Shown here: piece after piece, positions 39,337 to 49,463 of the stretch | How the letters are laid out: the number at the start of each line of letters is the position of its first letter | Numbering within the stretch: position 1 is the stretch's first letter | Origin: a virus | Lineage: Duplodnaviria > Caudoviricetes | Virus record (IMG/VR): IMGVR_UViG_2597490202_000002 | Location: 1 to 64,000 of that record | Direction: 5' to 3' (one strand) | Length of the DNA stretch: 64,000 nt | The notes under the pieces: model-generated | Databases searched by the model: none | What the model saw: only the letters and a program-made list of their open reading frames with translations | Told to the model about the DNA's origin: nothing | Translations under genes and position numbers: made by a program

Positions 39337-39950
39337 TACAGCTAGAAAAAACAATTATTAGCCAATATGCAAATAGTCCGATCATAACTAGTCTGCTGAA
39401 GAATATTAATGAAAATCTAGATCCGAGAGTTGATATAGAGGGATTTTATAATTTAATTTGGAATCTTGATACAGCTAGAGGTATAGGACTTGATATTTGG
39501 GGGAAAATCGTTGGCATAAATAGAAATATACAAGTTGATGAGAAAAATCAGTTTGTTAGCTCAACTTTAGCAACAGAAGATTTAAAGGATTTTGCTGTTG
39601 GTACTCGACATCTAATGAATGATGAAATGTATAGAGCAATGATATTTTTCAAAGCAATGAGTAATACTATTTATGCAACAGCTCCCCATATAAATAAATT
39701 AGTGTCCAGTCTTTTTGAAAAGAGAGGAAGGGCTTATTTCATTAAGAATGGGACAATGATGGCGAGATATGTGTTTGATTTTAATCTTACACCTATTGAA
39801 AAAGCTGTCATTATAAGTACGGATTTATTACCTAGACCTACAGGTGTTTTAGTTGATTTCTATGAACCAGATATAAGGAATGCATTTGGTTTTAATGAAG
39901 CAGGTATGGCGCCTTTTGGGCAAGGTGCTTTTTATATAGGTGATAGATAG
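39333..39950 (+). CDS. Baseplate wedge (DUF2612)
   Basis: SQYANSP, TA.G.GLDIWGKIVG, LP.PTGV. Confidence 0.85.
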   Translation: MIQLEKTIISQYANSPIITSLLKNINENLDPRVDIEGFYNLIWNLDTARGIGLDIWGKIVGINRNIQVDEKNQFVSSTLATEDLKDFAVGTRHLMNDEMYRAMIFFKAMSNTIYATAPHINKLVSSLFEKRGRAYFIKNGTMMARYVFDFNLTPIEKAVIISTDLLPRPTGVLVDFYEPDIRNAFGFNEAGMAPFGQGAFYIGDR

Positions 39951-40012
39951 ATTAATTAATGAGTAATACAAGCCTGTGAATTTATTTCACAGGCTTTTTT
40001 ATTGGAGTAAAT

Positions 40013-42178
40013 ATGGCACAACCAAAATTATTATCAAAAATTTGGGCTAGTTTAGGACTTAAAACGGATATTCCTGAAACTAGAACTAGAGATTTGGCAC
40101 AAAGTGCTGCTACATACGAGGAGGGCTTTCCTCAGATCACAATGACCCCAATCACACAAGGGGGAAAAGCACCATCTGGTAAAGATATGAACGGTATATT
40201 AAGAGATATTACGGAGCATATCGTTTACCAAAACAAAGGTGGAAAATATCTGTTCGATGCTTCTTTTGCAGAGAAAATTGGTGGATATGAGAAAGGGGCT
40301 GTATTGATTACTAATGATTTTACTAAATTTATGGTTAGTTTAGTGAATCAAAATAAAGTTAATTTTAATACCTCAAACTATCAAGGCAGTTGGGCTGTCA
40401 TTGCTACAATTGATTTGGTTAAATTTATCACACCAAAAAGTATAACAGCAACGAGTACAAATACTACTGACAGTACAGGACATTCTCACGCAATTGACAC
40501 GGCAACCACATCTCGCAAAGGAATTACCCAACTCACCAACGACACAGGGCTAGACTCTGAGTCACTGGCATTAACCGCAAAAGCAGGTAAAGCTATTGCT
40601 CAGTCTGTGGCACAGTTGCAACTTAGTACAACGAATGCACTCAATCAAAAAGTCAATAAAACGGATATCAGTAACGCTGTCAATTCAACATCTCAAACTA
40701 CGGTGGCATCGTCGCAAGCGGTCAAAACGGCTTATGATTTAGCTAACAGTAAATACACGGCTCAAGATGCCAGCCCAACCCAAAAGGGCTTGGTGCAACT
40801 CGCCAATAACTTAACCACCAATGATGCTACAAAGGCGTTGACGGCAGCACAGGGAAAAATCTTAAAAGATGAGATTGATGGGATTGAGATTGGGGGGCGG
40901 AATTTAATTAAAAATTCTCGTCTATTAAACGACACTACCCACTGGAATGTAATTGGTGGAAGGGATGTTAGAAATGGAATCGCAGTTTTAAAAAGTTTAG
41001 ATACATCGAGCCAATGGTGCTGGAGACAAACTTTTGATTTGCCTGAGAAGCAATATACATTTAGTGCTGAGGTCAAACCCGAAAGAACTGCGTTTTATCT
41101 CCATCTGTACAATGGGAAGAGCTGGGTTAATTTTCATGCAAGAAATTTGACTCCAGGCATATGGCAAAAAATATCGATTACCTTCGTTAGTGCGATAAGA
41201 AACATTTCATTCATTAATCCAGGTGAAGGACTTGTAGAATTACAAAATCCTATGCTTGTCGAAGGCAATAGAGCTATGACTTGGGCTCCAGCGCCCGAAG
41301 ATTTAACCGAAGAAGCGCTTAATAGTGCCCGTCAAAACTATGTTGCCAAAGCTGGGGACACAATGACAGGTAATCTCATGATTAACCATGCAGTTTCTCA
41401 CGTTAAAGGGCAACGAAATAGCGTTGATACTTGGTATGTGGGTAATGAAAGTGGGAGTAATCAAGATGTTATATTAAATTCTTATGTCCATCATACCTAC
41501 ATTAAATTGAAACAAGACAGAGTTGAATCGAACAAACCTATCTATCGAGGCAATCACCTCGTGTTTGACGAAGGAAATTTGCTTCCCGTTCGACAGATTG
41601 ATTTGCGTTCTATTGCTAATGGGCAAATATCTTTCCAAGATGCTACGCCTGCGCAGTTACCGCTTGGAGCTTTCGTGGGGCTATCTAAAAAATCTCACTT
41701 GAATGGTGCGGGCGATGGCTGGATGATGATTAACAAAGGCTGGCCAGATAACTCAGGAGTATTTGCTTGCAATCGTATTGGTATTTCGGGCGATAGAATA
41801 CGCTTCCAAACTGCAAATAATCTTAATGCTTGGGGGAATGTAATTGAGCTGGCCAATCTCAGTGATTTTATCTATCAAAAAATCGGCAATTTTGAAATTC
41901 GCAAATACCCTGATGGGATGATGATTCAAACCTATTTTTATGATGTAAATGATTTGAAAGAATGGGGAGAAAAGCAATTTACTTGGGCTGTCGCTTTTGC
42001 TGATAAACCTATGGTGATACCTAAAGTGGAGCATACCTATGGTATAAACAGCGATGTTGGTAGTGCTATTATGAGAAAAAGCACCAATGCTGTTTGTTAT
42101 TATAAATTATATGAACACCACAGTGAGGATCAAGGTGACTGTCGAGTACAATTTTTAGGTATTGGTCGCTGGAAATAG
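40013..42178 (+). CDS. Tail fibre
   Basis: GFP.IT..GG..P.G.D.NG N-terminus, DA...KG..QL repeats, YPDG..IQ C-terminal domain. Confidence 0.9.
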   Translation: MAQPKLLSKIWASLGLKTDIPETRTRDLAQSAATYEEGFPQITMTPITQGGKAPSGKDMNGILRDITEHIVYQNKGGKYLFDASFAEKIGGYEKGAVLITNDFTKFMVSLVNQNKVNFNTSNYQGSWAVIATIDLVKFITPKSITATSTNTTDSTGHSHAIDTATTSRKGITQLTNDTGLDSESLALTAKAGKAIAQSVAQLQLSTTNALNQKVNKTDISNAVNSTSQTTVASSQAVKTAYDLANSKYTAQDASPTQKGLVQLANNLTTNDATKALTAAQGKILKDEIDGIEIGGRNLIKNSRLLNDTTHWNVIGGRDVRNGIAVLKSLDTSSQWCWRQTFDLPEKQYTFSAEVKPERTAFYLHLYNGKSWVNFHARNLTPGIWQKISITFVSAIRNISFINPGEGLVELQNPMLVEGNRAMTWAPAPEDLTEEALNSARQNYVAKAGDTMTGNLMINHAVSHVKGQRNSVDTWYVGNESGSNQDVILNSYVHHTYIKLKQDRVESNKPIYRGNHLVFDEGNLLPVRQIDLRSIANGQISFQDATPAQLPLGAFVGLSKKSHLNGAGDGWMMINKGWPDNSGVFACNRIGISGDRIRFQTANNLNAWGNVIELANLSDFIYQKIGNFEIRKYPDGMMIQTYFYDVNDLKEWGEKQFTWAVAFADKPMVIPKVEHTYGINSDVGSAIMRKSTNAVCYYKLYEHHSEDQGDCRVQFLGIGRWK

Positions 42179-42187
42179 GAGAATACA

Positions 42188-42754
42188 ATGACACTTTATT
42201 ACAAAAACGGCTTTTATGACGACAGCCACGGCGGCTTTGTACCAGAGGGCGCTTGTGAAATTTCGGCAGAAACCTACCGCTTGTTACTTGAAGGGCAAGC
42301 TCAAGGTAAGCTAATCATTGCCGATGATGAAGGGAATCCGATTTTAAGTGAGCCACCGCCGATACCTATTGAAGAACAACGCCAGCAAGTCCGCAACGCC
42401 ATCAACACCCTGCGAGATAAGAAAATCAACGGCGGTGTTTATGTGCCAGCGATTGACAAATGGATTGACACAGACGCAACAGCAGAGCGTAACATCTTGT
42501 CTGTCAAAGCGACTTTTGACTTATTCGGAGACCAAGAAATTCCTTGGACTTTTGCGGATAATTCGGTGGCAATGATTAACAAAGAAAAATTGTTAGTCAT
42601 TTGGCAGGTGTTAATGGAAGCCAAGACTGGCAATCACGCTAATGCCTTGAAGCATAAGGCGATGGTGGAGCAAGTAGAAAATCCGCTTGAATATGATTAT
42701 TCGGATGGGTGGACGCAGACTTATGAGGAATTTGCAGGAGCTGCGAATGGATAA
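42188..42754 (+). CDS. Tail fibre assembly protein (DUF4376-like)
   Basis: LLEGQ..GK.I..D..G.P; W..ADN. Confidence 0.8.
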   Translation: MTLYYKNGFYDDSHGGFVPEGACEISAETYRLLLEGQAQGKLIIADDEGNPILSEPPPIPIEEQRQQVRNAINTLRDKKINGGVYVPAIDKWIDTDATAERNILSVKATFDLFGDQEIPWTFADNSVAMINKEKLLVIWQVLMEAKTGNHANALKHKAMVEQVENPLEYDYSDGWTQTYEEFAGAANG

Positions 42755-43208
42755 AATCTACCTTGCACTTTACAAAGGCAATGCCAAAAACTGGCAAGCC
42801 CGTTTGGAAGATTGGCTGATTCGCAAAGCAACCAAAGGGCAATACTCGCATTGTGAGATTGCAATACATAAAAGTCGAATTTTCGACCATTATCACCAAG
42901 AAGAATGGTTTGAGTGTTATAGCTCAAGCCTCCGTGATGGTGGTGTGCGTTGCAAAATTATCAACGTATCTGACCGCTCTAAGTGGGATTTGGTTGAGCT
43001 ACCAAATGTGACAGAGGCTCAAATTAGATTTTACTTTGAAATAACCAAAGGTAAAAAGTATGACCTTTGGGGAGCATTGGGTGTAGTGCTTGGATTTAAG
43101 CAACGTGGAGAACGGTTCTTTTGCTCTGAATGGTGTTTTAATGCGATTTTTAATAGCGAACAGGGCTGGCGATTTAGTCCGAATCAGTTGGCTATTTTAT
43201 TAAAATAA
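42747..43208 (+). CDS. Permuted papain-like (YiiX/NlpC-P60-like) phage protein
   Basis: YSHCE, YD..G, FCSEW, SP..L. Confidence 0.7.
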   Translation: MDKIYLALYKGNAKNWQARLEDWLIRKATKGQYSHCEIAIHKSRIFDHYHQEEWFECYSSSLRDGGVRCKIINVSDRSKWDLVELPNVTEAQIRFYFEITKGKKYDLWGALGVVLGFKQRGERFFCSEWCFNAIFNSEQGWRFSPNQLAILLK

Positions 43209-43386
43209 AAGCCTCCATTGTGGAGGCTTGTTTCCAGACTTGCGAGTTAGATCGCAAAATAATTTCTTAGATTAATTTTTGGGTATTATGATTGATATTA
43301 CTTCATAATCAACCATTTAACAAATGGTATTAAAATCAACATGTTACTCTTTTAAATCTATTCCAGCTAGTTAAGCTATTCTCAAG

Positions 43387-43686
43387 TTAATACAACATTT
43401 CGCTATAAAGCTCTTTAGGTTCATAGCCGATATTAAATCTAATTTGATTATTAGCTTTTGCGATTTCGAGTGCTTCTCTTCTATCTACAAAACGACTGAA
43501 ATTGGTTAAAAATCCCTGTTCTTTTTTCCGCCATTCATCGTATTCCATATTTTCCTTGATGAGTCTGAATGTTTGGTCATAATGCCTTATAGACGGGATA
43601 ATTATTTCAATACTTGGGTCAGTAATGTTGAATAGTTTTATTGCCGCACATACGACTAATTCCAGATGCTTTTCAGGTGATTTCAT
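43387..43686 (-). CDS. Conserved hypothetical phage protein
   Basis: CAAI..RH..QGFLT..RFVDR.EA..IA..LYSE pattern. Confidence 0.75.
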   Translation of the reverse strand: MKSPEKHLELVVCAAIKLFNITDPSIEIIIPSIRHYDQTFRLIKENMEYDEWRKKEQGFLTNFSRFVDRREALEIAKANNQIRFNIGYEPKELYSEMLY

Positions 43687-44192
43687 AAATCTTCCTCCTT
43701 AACAAACACGCCATCAATCATTTTGCCTTTTCTGTCTTTGATTTGGTCGTAGGCAAATCGAGTGCAATCAATAATGTCAATCTCTTTGGCTCGGCAATAC
43801 CGCATTAGGTTGTAAAAAATCATATTTACTGATTCTGGGTACACTTTTTCTGCTTCAGGAACGCCGTAGTCAGAAAGAAAACCAAGAAAACGTAATATCC
43901 AAAAGAGATGTTCGTCTGCGTTGAAAACGTTATCTTCCTCGTAGATGTAATCTGAATCTAGGTAGGTGTCATAAAGCGTTTCTTCAATGTTGAGCATTTT
44001 GCACAGATTAGTTAATACCACGACACTATCGCCCACGCTATCACGGATTTTGTCAGTGTCGTTTTTGTTATGCCCGCTGAATAGCTCACCGACTTCTTCA
44101 GAAAGCTTAAAGATTTGTTTTTGTACGGTTGATCCGTTGATGATATTACGGTCTTCCGCCCATTGTTCGATTTGTTGGATAAGTTGTTTCAT
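43683..44192 (-). CDS. MazG-like nucleotide pyrophosphohydrolase
   Basis: WAEDR, KL.EEVGEL, D.VGD, AYD.IKDRKG. Confidence 0.88.
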   Translation of the reverse strand: MKQLIQQIEQWAEDRNIINGSTVQKQIFKLSEEVGELFSGHNKNDTDKIRDSVGDSVVVLTNLCKMLNIEETLYDTYLDSDYIYEEDNVFNADEHLFWILRFLGFLSDYGVPEAEKVYPESVNMIFYNLMRYCRAKEIDIIDCTRFAYDQIKDRKGKMIDGVFVKEEDL

Positions 44193-44242
44193 TTGGTTTT
44201 CTCCATAAAATAAAACCGCCCATAAAGAGCGGTTGGTTGTGG

Positions 44243-44447
44243 TTAAAAGTTTGCTAATCGTTGTTGATTAAGCTGGGGTAGGGCTTGCTCAATGAATGGG
44301 TCAAGCCATACGTTAAATTCGTGTGCGATGTCGTAGCCCTTGGCGACAATCTCGTTTTTCAGAGCCACTAACAATATGAAGATCCGTTAGAGAATAAAGA
44401 TTTTCGTAAGTACGAATAGATGTTTTTAGAATGGTTAAGTTTGACAT
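44243..44447 (-). pseudogene. Internally deleted antirepressor (KilA-N-like start plus the C-terminus shared with 1187-1789)
   Basis: MSNLTILKTSIR..YSLTDLH is joined out of frame to YDIAHEFNVWLDPFIEQ..QQRLANF. Confidence 0.75.
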
Positions 44448-44493
44448 ATTATGCCCCTTGATTTTCAGTTAGTCTTTCGATCAACCTTAGTAG

Positions 44494-44577
44494 GGTTGAT
44501 CGGGCTTCAACTACCAAATCAAGCTGGCGGAGCTTATTTCCCGAAGGTATTTTATTAGGCTCTCTCGACCCGACCAC
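44494..44577 (-). ncRNA. c4/CI-like antisense RNA #3
   Basis: Loop CTTGATTT is complementary to AAATCAAG in the leader and at the RBS. Confidence 0.8.
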
Positions 44578-44708
44578 TGAAATCCTCAGATCTGAGGAAT
44601 TACAAATTTTAGGCATAAAAAAACCGCTTTTATTGTCGGAGCGAGAAACCGACTTGATTTAGTAGTGCGGTTATCTTAATCCGAAAGGGCGGTTTTTGTC
44701 AATAGGAT

Positions 44709-45989
44709 TTACTCGTCCATCAAGTCTTTTGTTTTTTGTGGAATATCTTTAACTTGTCCTTTAATTCCATCAATCGCTTTATCTAAGCGTTTTCCTACAC
44801 CGTCTATAATGGTTTCAAGTGGTGTAGAGTTTAAATCTCGCTCAAATACTTTTGTTGGATTTGAACCTAAATTATCAACTGCAATTTGTAATAATTGCTC
44901 TTCTAATTCAGGAGACTGCTCTTGTACTTGTTTACGGTAACCTTCAAATGCCATTGCAGAAGAGTATTTATAGCCATAATCTTCACGCAAGCGGAATAAA
45001 TAGGCCCGTTCTTTCGATTTAATCCAAGCGACAATTAAGAATGGCAAGGATATAGCTGATTTGGCAAAGAATTGCACCCAATCAAATTGGGTGTGAATTT
45101 GCCCTTCGGGTAAGGCGTGGGTAATTAAACTTGAATTAAATCCCCATAATGAAATGCCTGCGGTGATAATAAGTGCTCCAATTAGAAAACCGTCTGCCCA
45201 TTTCATCTTTGTGTTAATGTCGTCCATTTGTTTTTTGAAAGAACCTGCCATACTTGCTCGGTTGGCATCATCGATGATTTCTTGAATATCTTGTTTCTGT
45301 TTATTGAATAATTTAATCATTTCTTCAATCTCCTTATGGTATTGCTCTATTTTGGGTTTATTGGTTTCAACCGTGCTTGCAAAGGTGGTGATCTTAGCAA
45401 GGTTACTTTCAGCCGTTTTGGCAAAAGTGGCAATATCAACACAGTGTTCGTCTGCTGTGCTATACCATTCTGCAATATCGTCAGTTTGAACTTTTGCTGC
45501 TTTGTAGGACTTTTCGAGTGCTGAGAGACTGGTTTGTAACTTTTCAAATTCAGCCTTATCTTTGGTAAGTTGATTTTCTAAGGCAATATGTTCAGTAAGA
45601 TTTGCTTTAATTTTCGTAATATCGGCTGAGATAGCTTGGCGTTCTTCTTCTGTTCGGAATTCACCTTTAACTTCAATAAGGTAGGTTTCTTTTATTAAGC
45701 GTTTGAATGCGATGAGATAACCAATAAAGCGAGTTTCTTCGTTACTGCGCCATTCTGTTTTTGTTGTTAATTTCGATATATTGTTAATAAGTGTTAGAGC
45801 GCGTCTTTTAAAAAAGGCAATTTCAATGGGGTTATTTATTTCAGTAAATTTATCTATTTGATTATAAATAGTTTCAATTTCATTAAGTATATTGGCGAGT
45901 GTAATTGTTTTTAAAAAAACATAATCATTATTGAATTCCTGTTCAATTTGATGTTTTAATTTTGTTAATGCTGTTTTAATTGTTTTCAT
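44709..45989 (-). CDS. Coiled-coil protein with C-terminal 2-TM domain
   Basis: Long heptad region; TM pair; REDY.YK..A.AFEGY. Confidence 0.75.
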   Translation of the reverse strand: MKTIKTALTKLKHQIEQEFNNDYVFLKTITLANILNEIETIYNQIDKFTEINNPIEIAFFKRRALTLINNISKLTTKTEWRSNEETRFIGYLIAFKRLIKETYLIEVKGEFRTEEERQAISADITKIKANLTEHIALENQLTKDKAEFEKLQTSLSALEKSYKAAKVQTDDIAEWYSTADEHCVDIATFAKTAESNLAKITTFASTVETNKPKIEQYHKEIEEMIKLFNKQKQDIQEIIDDANRASMAGSFKKQMDDINTKMKWADGFLIGALIITAGISLWGFNSSLITHALPEGQIHTQFDWVQFFAKSAISLPFLIVAWIKSKERAYLFRLREDYGYKYSSAMAFEGYRKQVQEQSPELEEQLLQIAVDNLGSNPTKVFERDLNSTPLETIIDGVGKRLDKAIDGIKGQVKDIPQKTKDLMDE

Positions 45990-46109
45990 TTCATATTTCC
46001 CTGAAATTCAGATACAAAAAAAGCCGTTGGTGGACGGCTTGGATTGGGATAATGTTAAGCTGAATTGGGGGCGGTGTCAATATGGAATAAAAAAGCCTAC
46101 GAGGTAGGC

Positions 46110-46532
46110 TTATTCATTCTCTTGTTGTTGCTTTTCTAAAACACTTGCTTTGCCTCGTCCAAATCCTGCCCAGTAACCAGCAAGTAATGCACCACCGATT
46201 TTTAGCATTTCTAATGCAAAATCTGTTTTATCTGTGTACATTGCAATAACCACAATAATTGTGATAACAACAACACCTACACCAATTAAGATATGGCGTT
46301 GTGAATGAAGTTTAGAAACTGCAGTAATTTGTTGAGTGCGATCGCCTTTTTGAGCTTCAATACTTGCGAGTGCAATTTTCTCATTAGATTCAATGCGTTT
46401 CCGTTCAAGCTCTAATTCCTTTTCTTTTACAGCCTGATTCGCTTGTTGAACCTTCACAAGATCTCGCATTGTAGCAAGAAGTTGTGCGTCCGTTGGTTGT
46501 GGGTTTTTATTATTCATTAACGTACTGGACAA
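46110..46532 (-). CDS. Hypothetical 2-TM protein
   Basis: Coiled coil plus two hydrophobic helices. Confidence 0.7.
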   Translation of the reverse strand: MSSTLMNNKNPQPTDAQLLATMRDLVKVQQANQAVKEKELELERKRIESNEKIALASIEAQKGDRTQQITAVSKLHSQRHILIGVGVVVITIIVVIAMYTDKTDFALEMLKIGGALLAGYWAGFGRGKASVLEKQQQENE

Positions 46533-46711
46533 AGCTGTGGCGTTTTATAAGTGATTTGGAATGAACCATAACCACCAGAGCCAATTTTAGGTGGAACAAA
46601 AGTAACATTCTGGATGTTGTTACTTACTGTGGATTTTCTCGCTTCGTTTAAGTACTGTTTCGCTGAAACGTTGCGAACCTTTTTAGGTACAAGCAGTGGC
46701 GTTTTAGTCAT
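46517..46711 (-). CDS. Small hypothetical protein
   Basis: AAGG RBS; FVPPKIG..GYGSF. Confidence 0.65.
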   Translation of the reverse strand: MTKTPLLVPKKVRNVSAKQYLNEARKSTVSNNIQNVTFVPPKIGSGGYGSFQITYKTPQLCPVR

Positions 46712-46876
46712 ATGAAATACCTTGTTTGAGTGATGAAAATCCCTTGTGAAATAAGGATTTTATATAAAAAAACACATTGAGGTGGTTGTAAACTTTCTGT
46801 TGAAAGCACGGCTATCTTAATCCGAAGGGGGGCGGTTGTCAAATACAAAAGCCTGCGGAAATAGCAAGCTTTGTGG

Positions 46877-47443
46877 TTATTGTTTGGGTTTATCTTCGTC
46901 AATCCATTTTTCTGCAAGCCATTCAAACTCACAAAACAGTTTATTGTTGTTATTTTTAATACGACGCAATTCCATAATATAGGGTTTCAACGTATTCCAG
47001 TCAGTGATTACGCTACTTTTACTCATTCGTTTATAAACGGCTTCATCAAATAAATTCTCTTTGATGCCAACACAAATAAATTCAATCGAGTTGAGAATAT
47101 CAAGTACGATGAAATTTTGTCGATTTGTTTCATCTGTTGCTTCTGCATGTTTTTCGAGGGAGCAAGCTAAGCTCGTGAAGTTTAGCCCCCCATCACGCAT
47201 TTTCATATAAGATTTTCGGCGTTTGCGGTAATAGGCATTATTGCTATTGCTGATAAGTAATTCGATAGTTGCTTTTTGTTTGTGCTGTTTTCGTAATTCT
47301 TTCAGTTGTGACCACGCAAAATAGGCTAGGTAACCTGTGAATAAACAAGTTCCTAGCCCTACAAGCAGATTAATATCAAAGTTAAAGTTACTAAAATATA
47401 CCAGCATTTCATTGGTGGTAGGTTGAGGCATTAAACTTCCCAT
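46877..47443 (-). CDS. DUF4760-like membrane-anchored protein
   Basis: N-terminal TM; LN..EFI..GI....DE..YK..FE.LA.KW. Confidence 0.7.
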   Translation of the reverse strand: MGSLMPQPTTNEMLVYFSNFNFDINLLVGLGTCLFTGYLAYFAWSQLKELRKQHKQKATIELLISNSNNAYYRKRRKSYMKMRDGGLNFTSLACSLEKHAEATDETNRQNFIVLDILNSIEFICVGIKENLFDEAVYKRMSKSSVITDWNTLKPYIMELRRIKNNNNKLFCEFEWLAEKWIDEDKPKQ

Positions 47444-47627
47444 CCTTCATTTAGTGAAAAACCGTCCCAACCTTCGTTAATTGATTTAGACATTTCATTA
47501 CTCCTAATTTAAAACTAAAATACACAAAAAAAGCCTGCAAATGCAAGCCCTGTCACGTTCCGTATTTTAAAAAAGCACTTTCTGTTGAAAGTGGGGGTAT
47601 CTTAAATTAAAGGGCGGTGGGTGTCAA

Positions 47628-48425
47628 TTAGATTTTATTCATCGAACCATTGAGTTTCAGAATTTTATAAATAACAGGCTCTTCTTCGATATATTCAACC
47701 AATACATCCACCAAGAAGATTTTGTGATAAGGGTATTCTTCGTTGATGATCATGGTGTCTTTAAGTGATTTATCTTCAAATCGCACTCTTACTGGCTTTG
47801 ATGAAATCGCAGGGATAATGGCTCTGTCGTGAGCTTTGCTTTGAGCGTCTGCGGTGGACGACCAATAAAGCGTGGTGTTTCGTAAGGTATTTTCTTCACG
47901 CTCTTTGAGGAGTTTCAATTCTCGGTTAATGTTATTTTGAGCTAGCCCTGCCATTGCATTGTCGGCGTGTAGATGAATATGCACATCGCCTTGATTATTC
48001 GATACTTGTAGATTGAATTGTGCTTTGGGGTCGATAGCGATAGGTTCTAAAATATTATTGGCATTTTTTAACATTGCCGGTGTAAGTCGTTCAGGCTTTT
48101 CGCCTTTATTCATTGCCCAGTCTAAAATCATTTTGAGATGTCCTCCAAATTCGAGAATGGCATTACCCTGTTCAATTATCGGGTAGGTGCTTGAAACCAG
48201 TGCGGCAAGCTCAACAAGGAAACAGCCTTGTGTGATTTTTTCCACATAAATATGCTGTTCGCAAGGCTCAATTTCAATTTTGTTGTCTTGGATAAATTGG
48301 CGGTATTCTGCAGCTATCCCTTCCATACTTTGGCAAAAGGTAGAGAGTTGTAGCGGTTCACTGTTATCAATTTCGATGAGTAGTTTCATATTTTTGTCTA
48401 TTGTGTAATGTGTTTCAGCTACCAT
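47628..48425 (-). CDS. Hypothetical accessory protein
   Basis: Long ORF with GAGG RBS and its own promoter. Confidence 0.75.
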   Translation of the reverse strand: MVAETHYTIDKNMKLLIEIDNSEPLQLSTFCQSMEGIAAEYRQFIQDNKIEIEPCEQHIYVEKITQGCFLVELAALVSSTYPIIEQGNAILEFGGHLKMILDWAMNKGEKPERLTPAMLKNANNILEPIAIDPKAQFNLQVSNNQGDVHIHLHADNAMAGLAQNNINRELKLLKEREENTLRNTTLYWSSTADAQSKAHDRAIIPAISSKPVRVRFEDKSLKDTMIINEEYPYHKIFLVDVLVEYIEEEPVIYKILKLNGSMNKI

Positions 48426-48655
48426 ACCGCACCTCAAATTTTGGATACAAAAAAAGCCGTGTTAGACGGCTTAGATTGAGATAATGTTAAACTGAAAGGG
48501 CGGTGGGTGTCAAATACAAAAACATTAATTATTTTAGTTTAACCTTAAAAATATCTTGATTATTTATTTGGTTTAACCTAAAATATGCTTGTTTTCGGAA
48601 TGGTTCTGAAAATGAGAAGCCCAGCTTTCACTGGGCCACTAAATGGAGCTAGGAT

Positions 48656-48727
48656 ATGAAGATTTTCAGAGTTCTAATCCTAGTTACCGTAGTATTACTC
48701 ACCTGTTGTTCAGGTACGGTAGTTTAA
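48656..48727 (+). CDS. Ibs-like 23-aa peptide MKIFRVLILVTVVLLTCCSGTVV (module B)
   Basis: GGAG/AGGA RBS; shares the ATCCTAGTTA core with modules A and C. Confidence 0.65.
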   Translation: MKIFRVLILVTVVLLTCCSGTVV

Positions 48728-48814
48728 GGTAACTCCTGAAGGGGGAAGGTCGGATGTCCCCCTGACGGCTCCAACTATAAGCCTTTTGGCTTAAAAGATC
48801 AACAAGGAATTTCT

Positions 48815-49033
48815 ATGCAAACTGAAAAACGCTCTCGTGGTCGCCCAAAATCTGGTTTAACTCTTCAGGAACTGCAAGCAAGAAGCGAAGCTAAGCGTGG
48901 GGTTAAGCTCAAAGGCTTTAAACTTCATCAAGAAACGATTGAGCTTATTGAACGCCTTGCCGAGCAACACGGTATTTCACAAACACAGGTGATTGTGCAA
49001 GCGGTTGAGTTATTTAATCAGAAAGGGGCGTAA
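48815..49033 (+). CDS. RHH-like protein with AT-hook-like GRP motif (module B)
   Basis: RGRPK; RSEAKRGVKLKGFKL. Confidence 0.75.
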   Translation: MQTEKRSRGRPKSGLTLQELQARSEAKRGVKLKGFKLHQETIELIERLAEQHGISQTQVIVQAVELFNQKGA

Positions 49034-49176
49034 TGCCCTTTATTCTTTCATTAGCGCCATCCAAAATAGAGTTTTCCCTAGTTTTTGTTTGACTACACTT
49101 AATTTCAGGTTGATGATGCTGAGAATTAAGCATAAACACGTTAATGAAATCAACCAGCTCATCTGCCTAGTCCCCA

Positions 49177-49440
49177 TTAAAAATTAAACCCCTGCCCGTG
49201 TGTTACGACCTTTTCGATTTCTTCGTAGCGGCGGACGTTAAATTTCTCAAACTCTAATACTTTGACTAGGCTTTCTGCTTTAGCCTTGAGTTGTTCGAGT
49301 TCTTGCTGTTGTTTGAAATTCTGTGCGACAAGTTCTGAAATGTGTTCGTTTGCTCGAATAACGGCAAGGGCTTGCCGTGAGCAGAGTGTTATATAATAGT
49401 TTAACTGCTTACGCAGTTTGAAAGGATTGAGGGTTTTCAT
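49177..49440 (-). CDS. Hypothetical phage protein
   Basis: ORF in the leftward operon. Confidence 0.6.
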   Translation of the reverse strand: MKTLNPFKLRKQLNYYITLCSRQALAVIRANEHISELVAQNFKQQQELEQLKAKAESLVKVLEFEKFNVRRYEEIEKVVTHGQGFNF

Positions 49441-49463
49441 AGTGGTTCCTTTGGTCAATCGAG

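Larger units (their letters stand above)
1..43230. mobile_element. Prophage 1 (temperate myovirus with lambdoid early region); left end lies outside the window
   Basis: Gene order int-xis-left arm-cI-cro-cII-O-P-nin-Q-lysis-terminase-head-contractile tail-fibre, ending at a terminator at ~43208-43230. No att core could be identified. Confidence 0.9.

Noticed and set aside
18890-42927. Numerous short antisense ORFs within structural genes
   Set aside because: Shadow ORFs with no RBS or motif support.
40013-43208. Tail-fibre invertase shufflon or diversity-generating retroelement
   Set aside because: No invertase or reverse transcriptase, no alternative fibre ends and no TR/VR pair seen.
43230-43390. 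attR core sequence
   Set aside because: No matching repeat or tRNA fragment inside the window; attL lies outside it.
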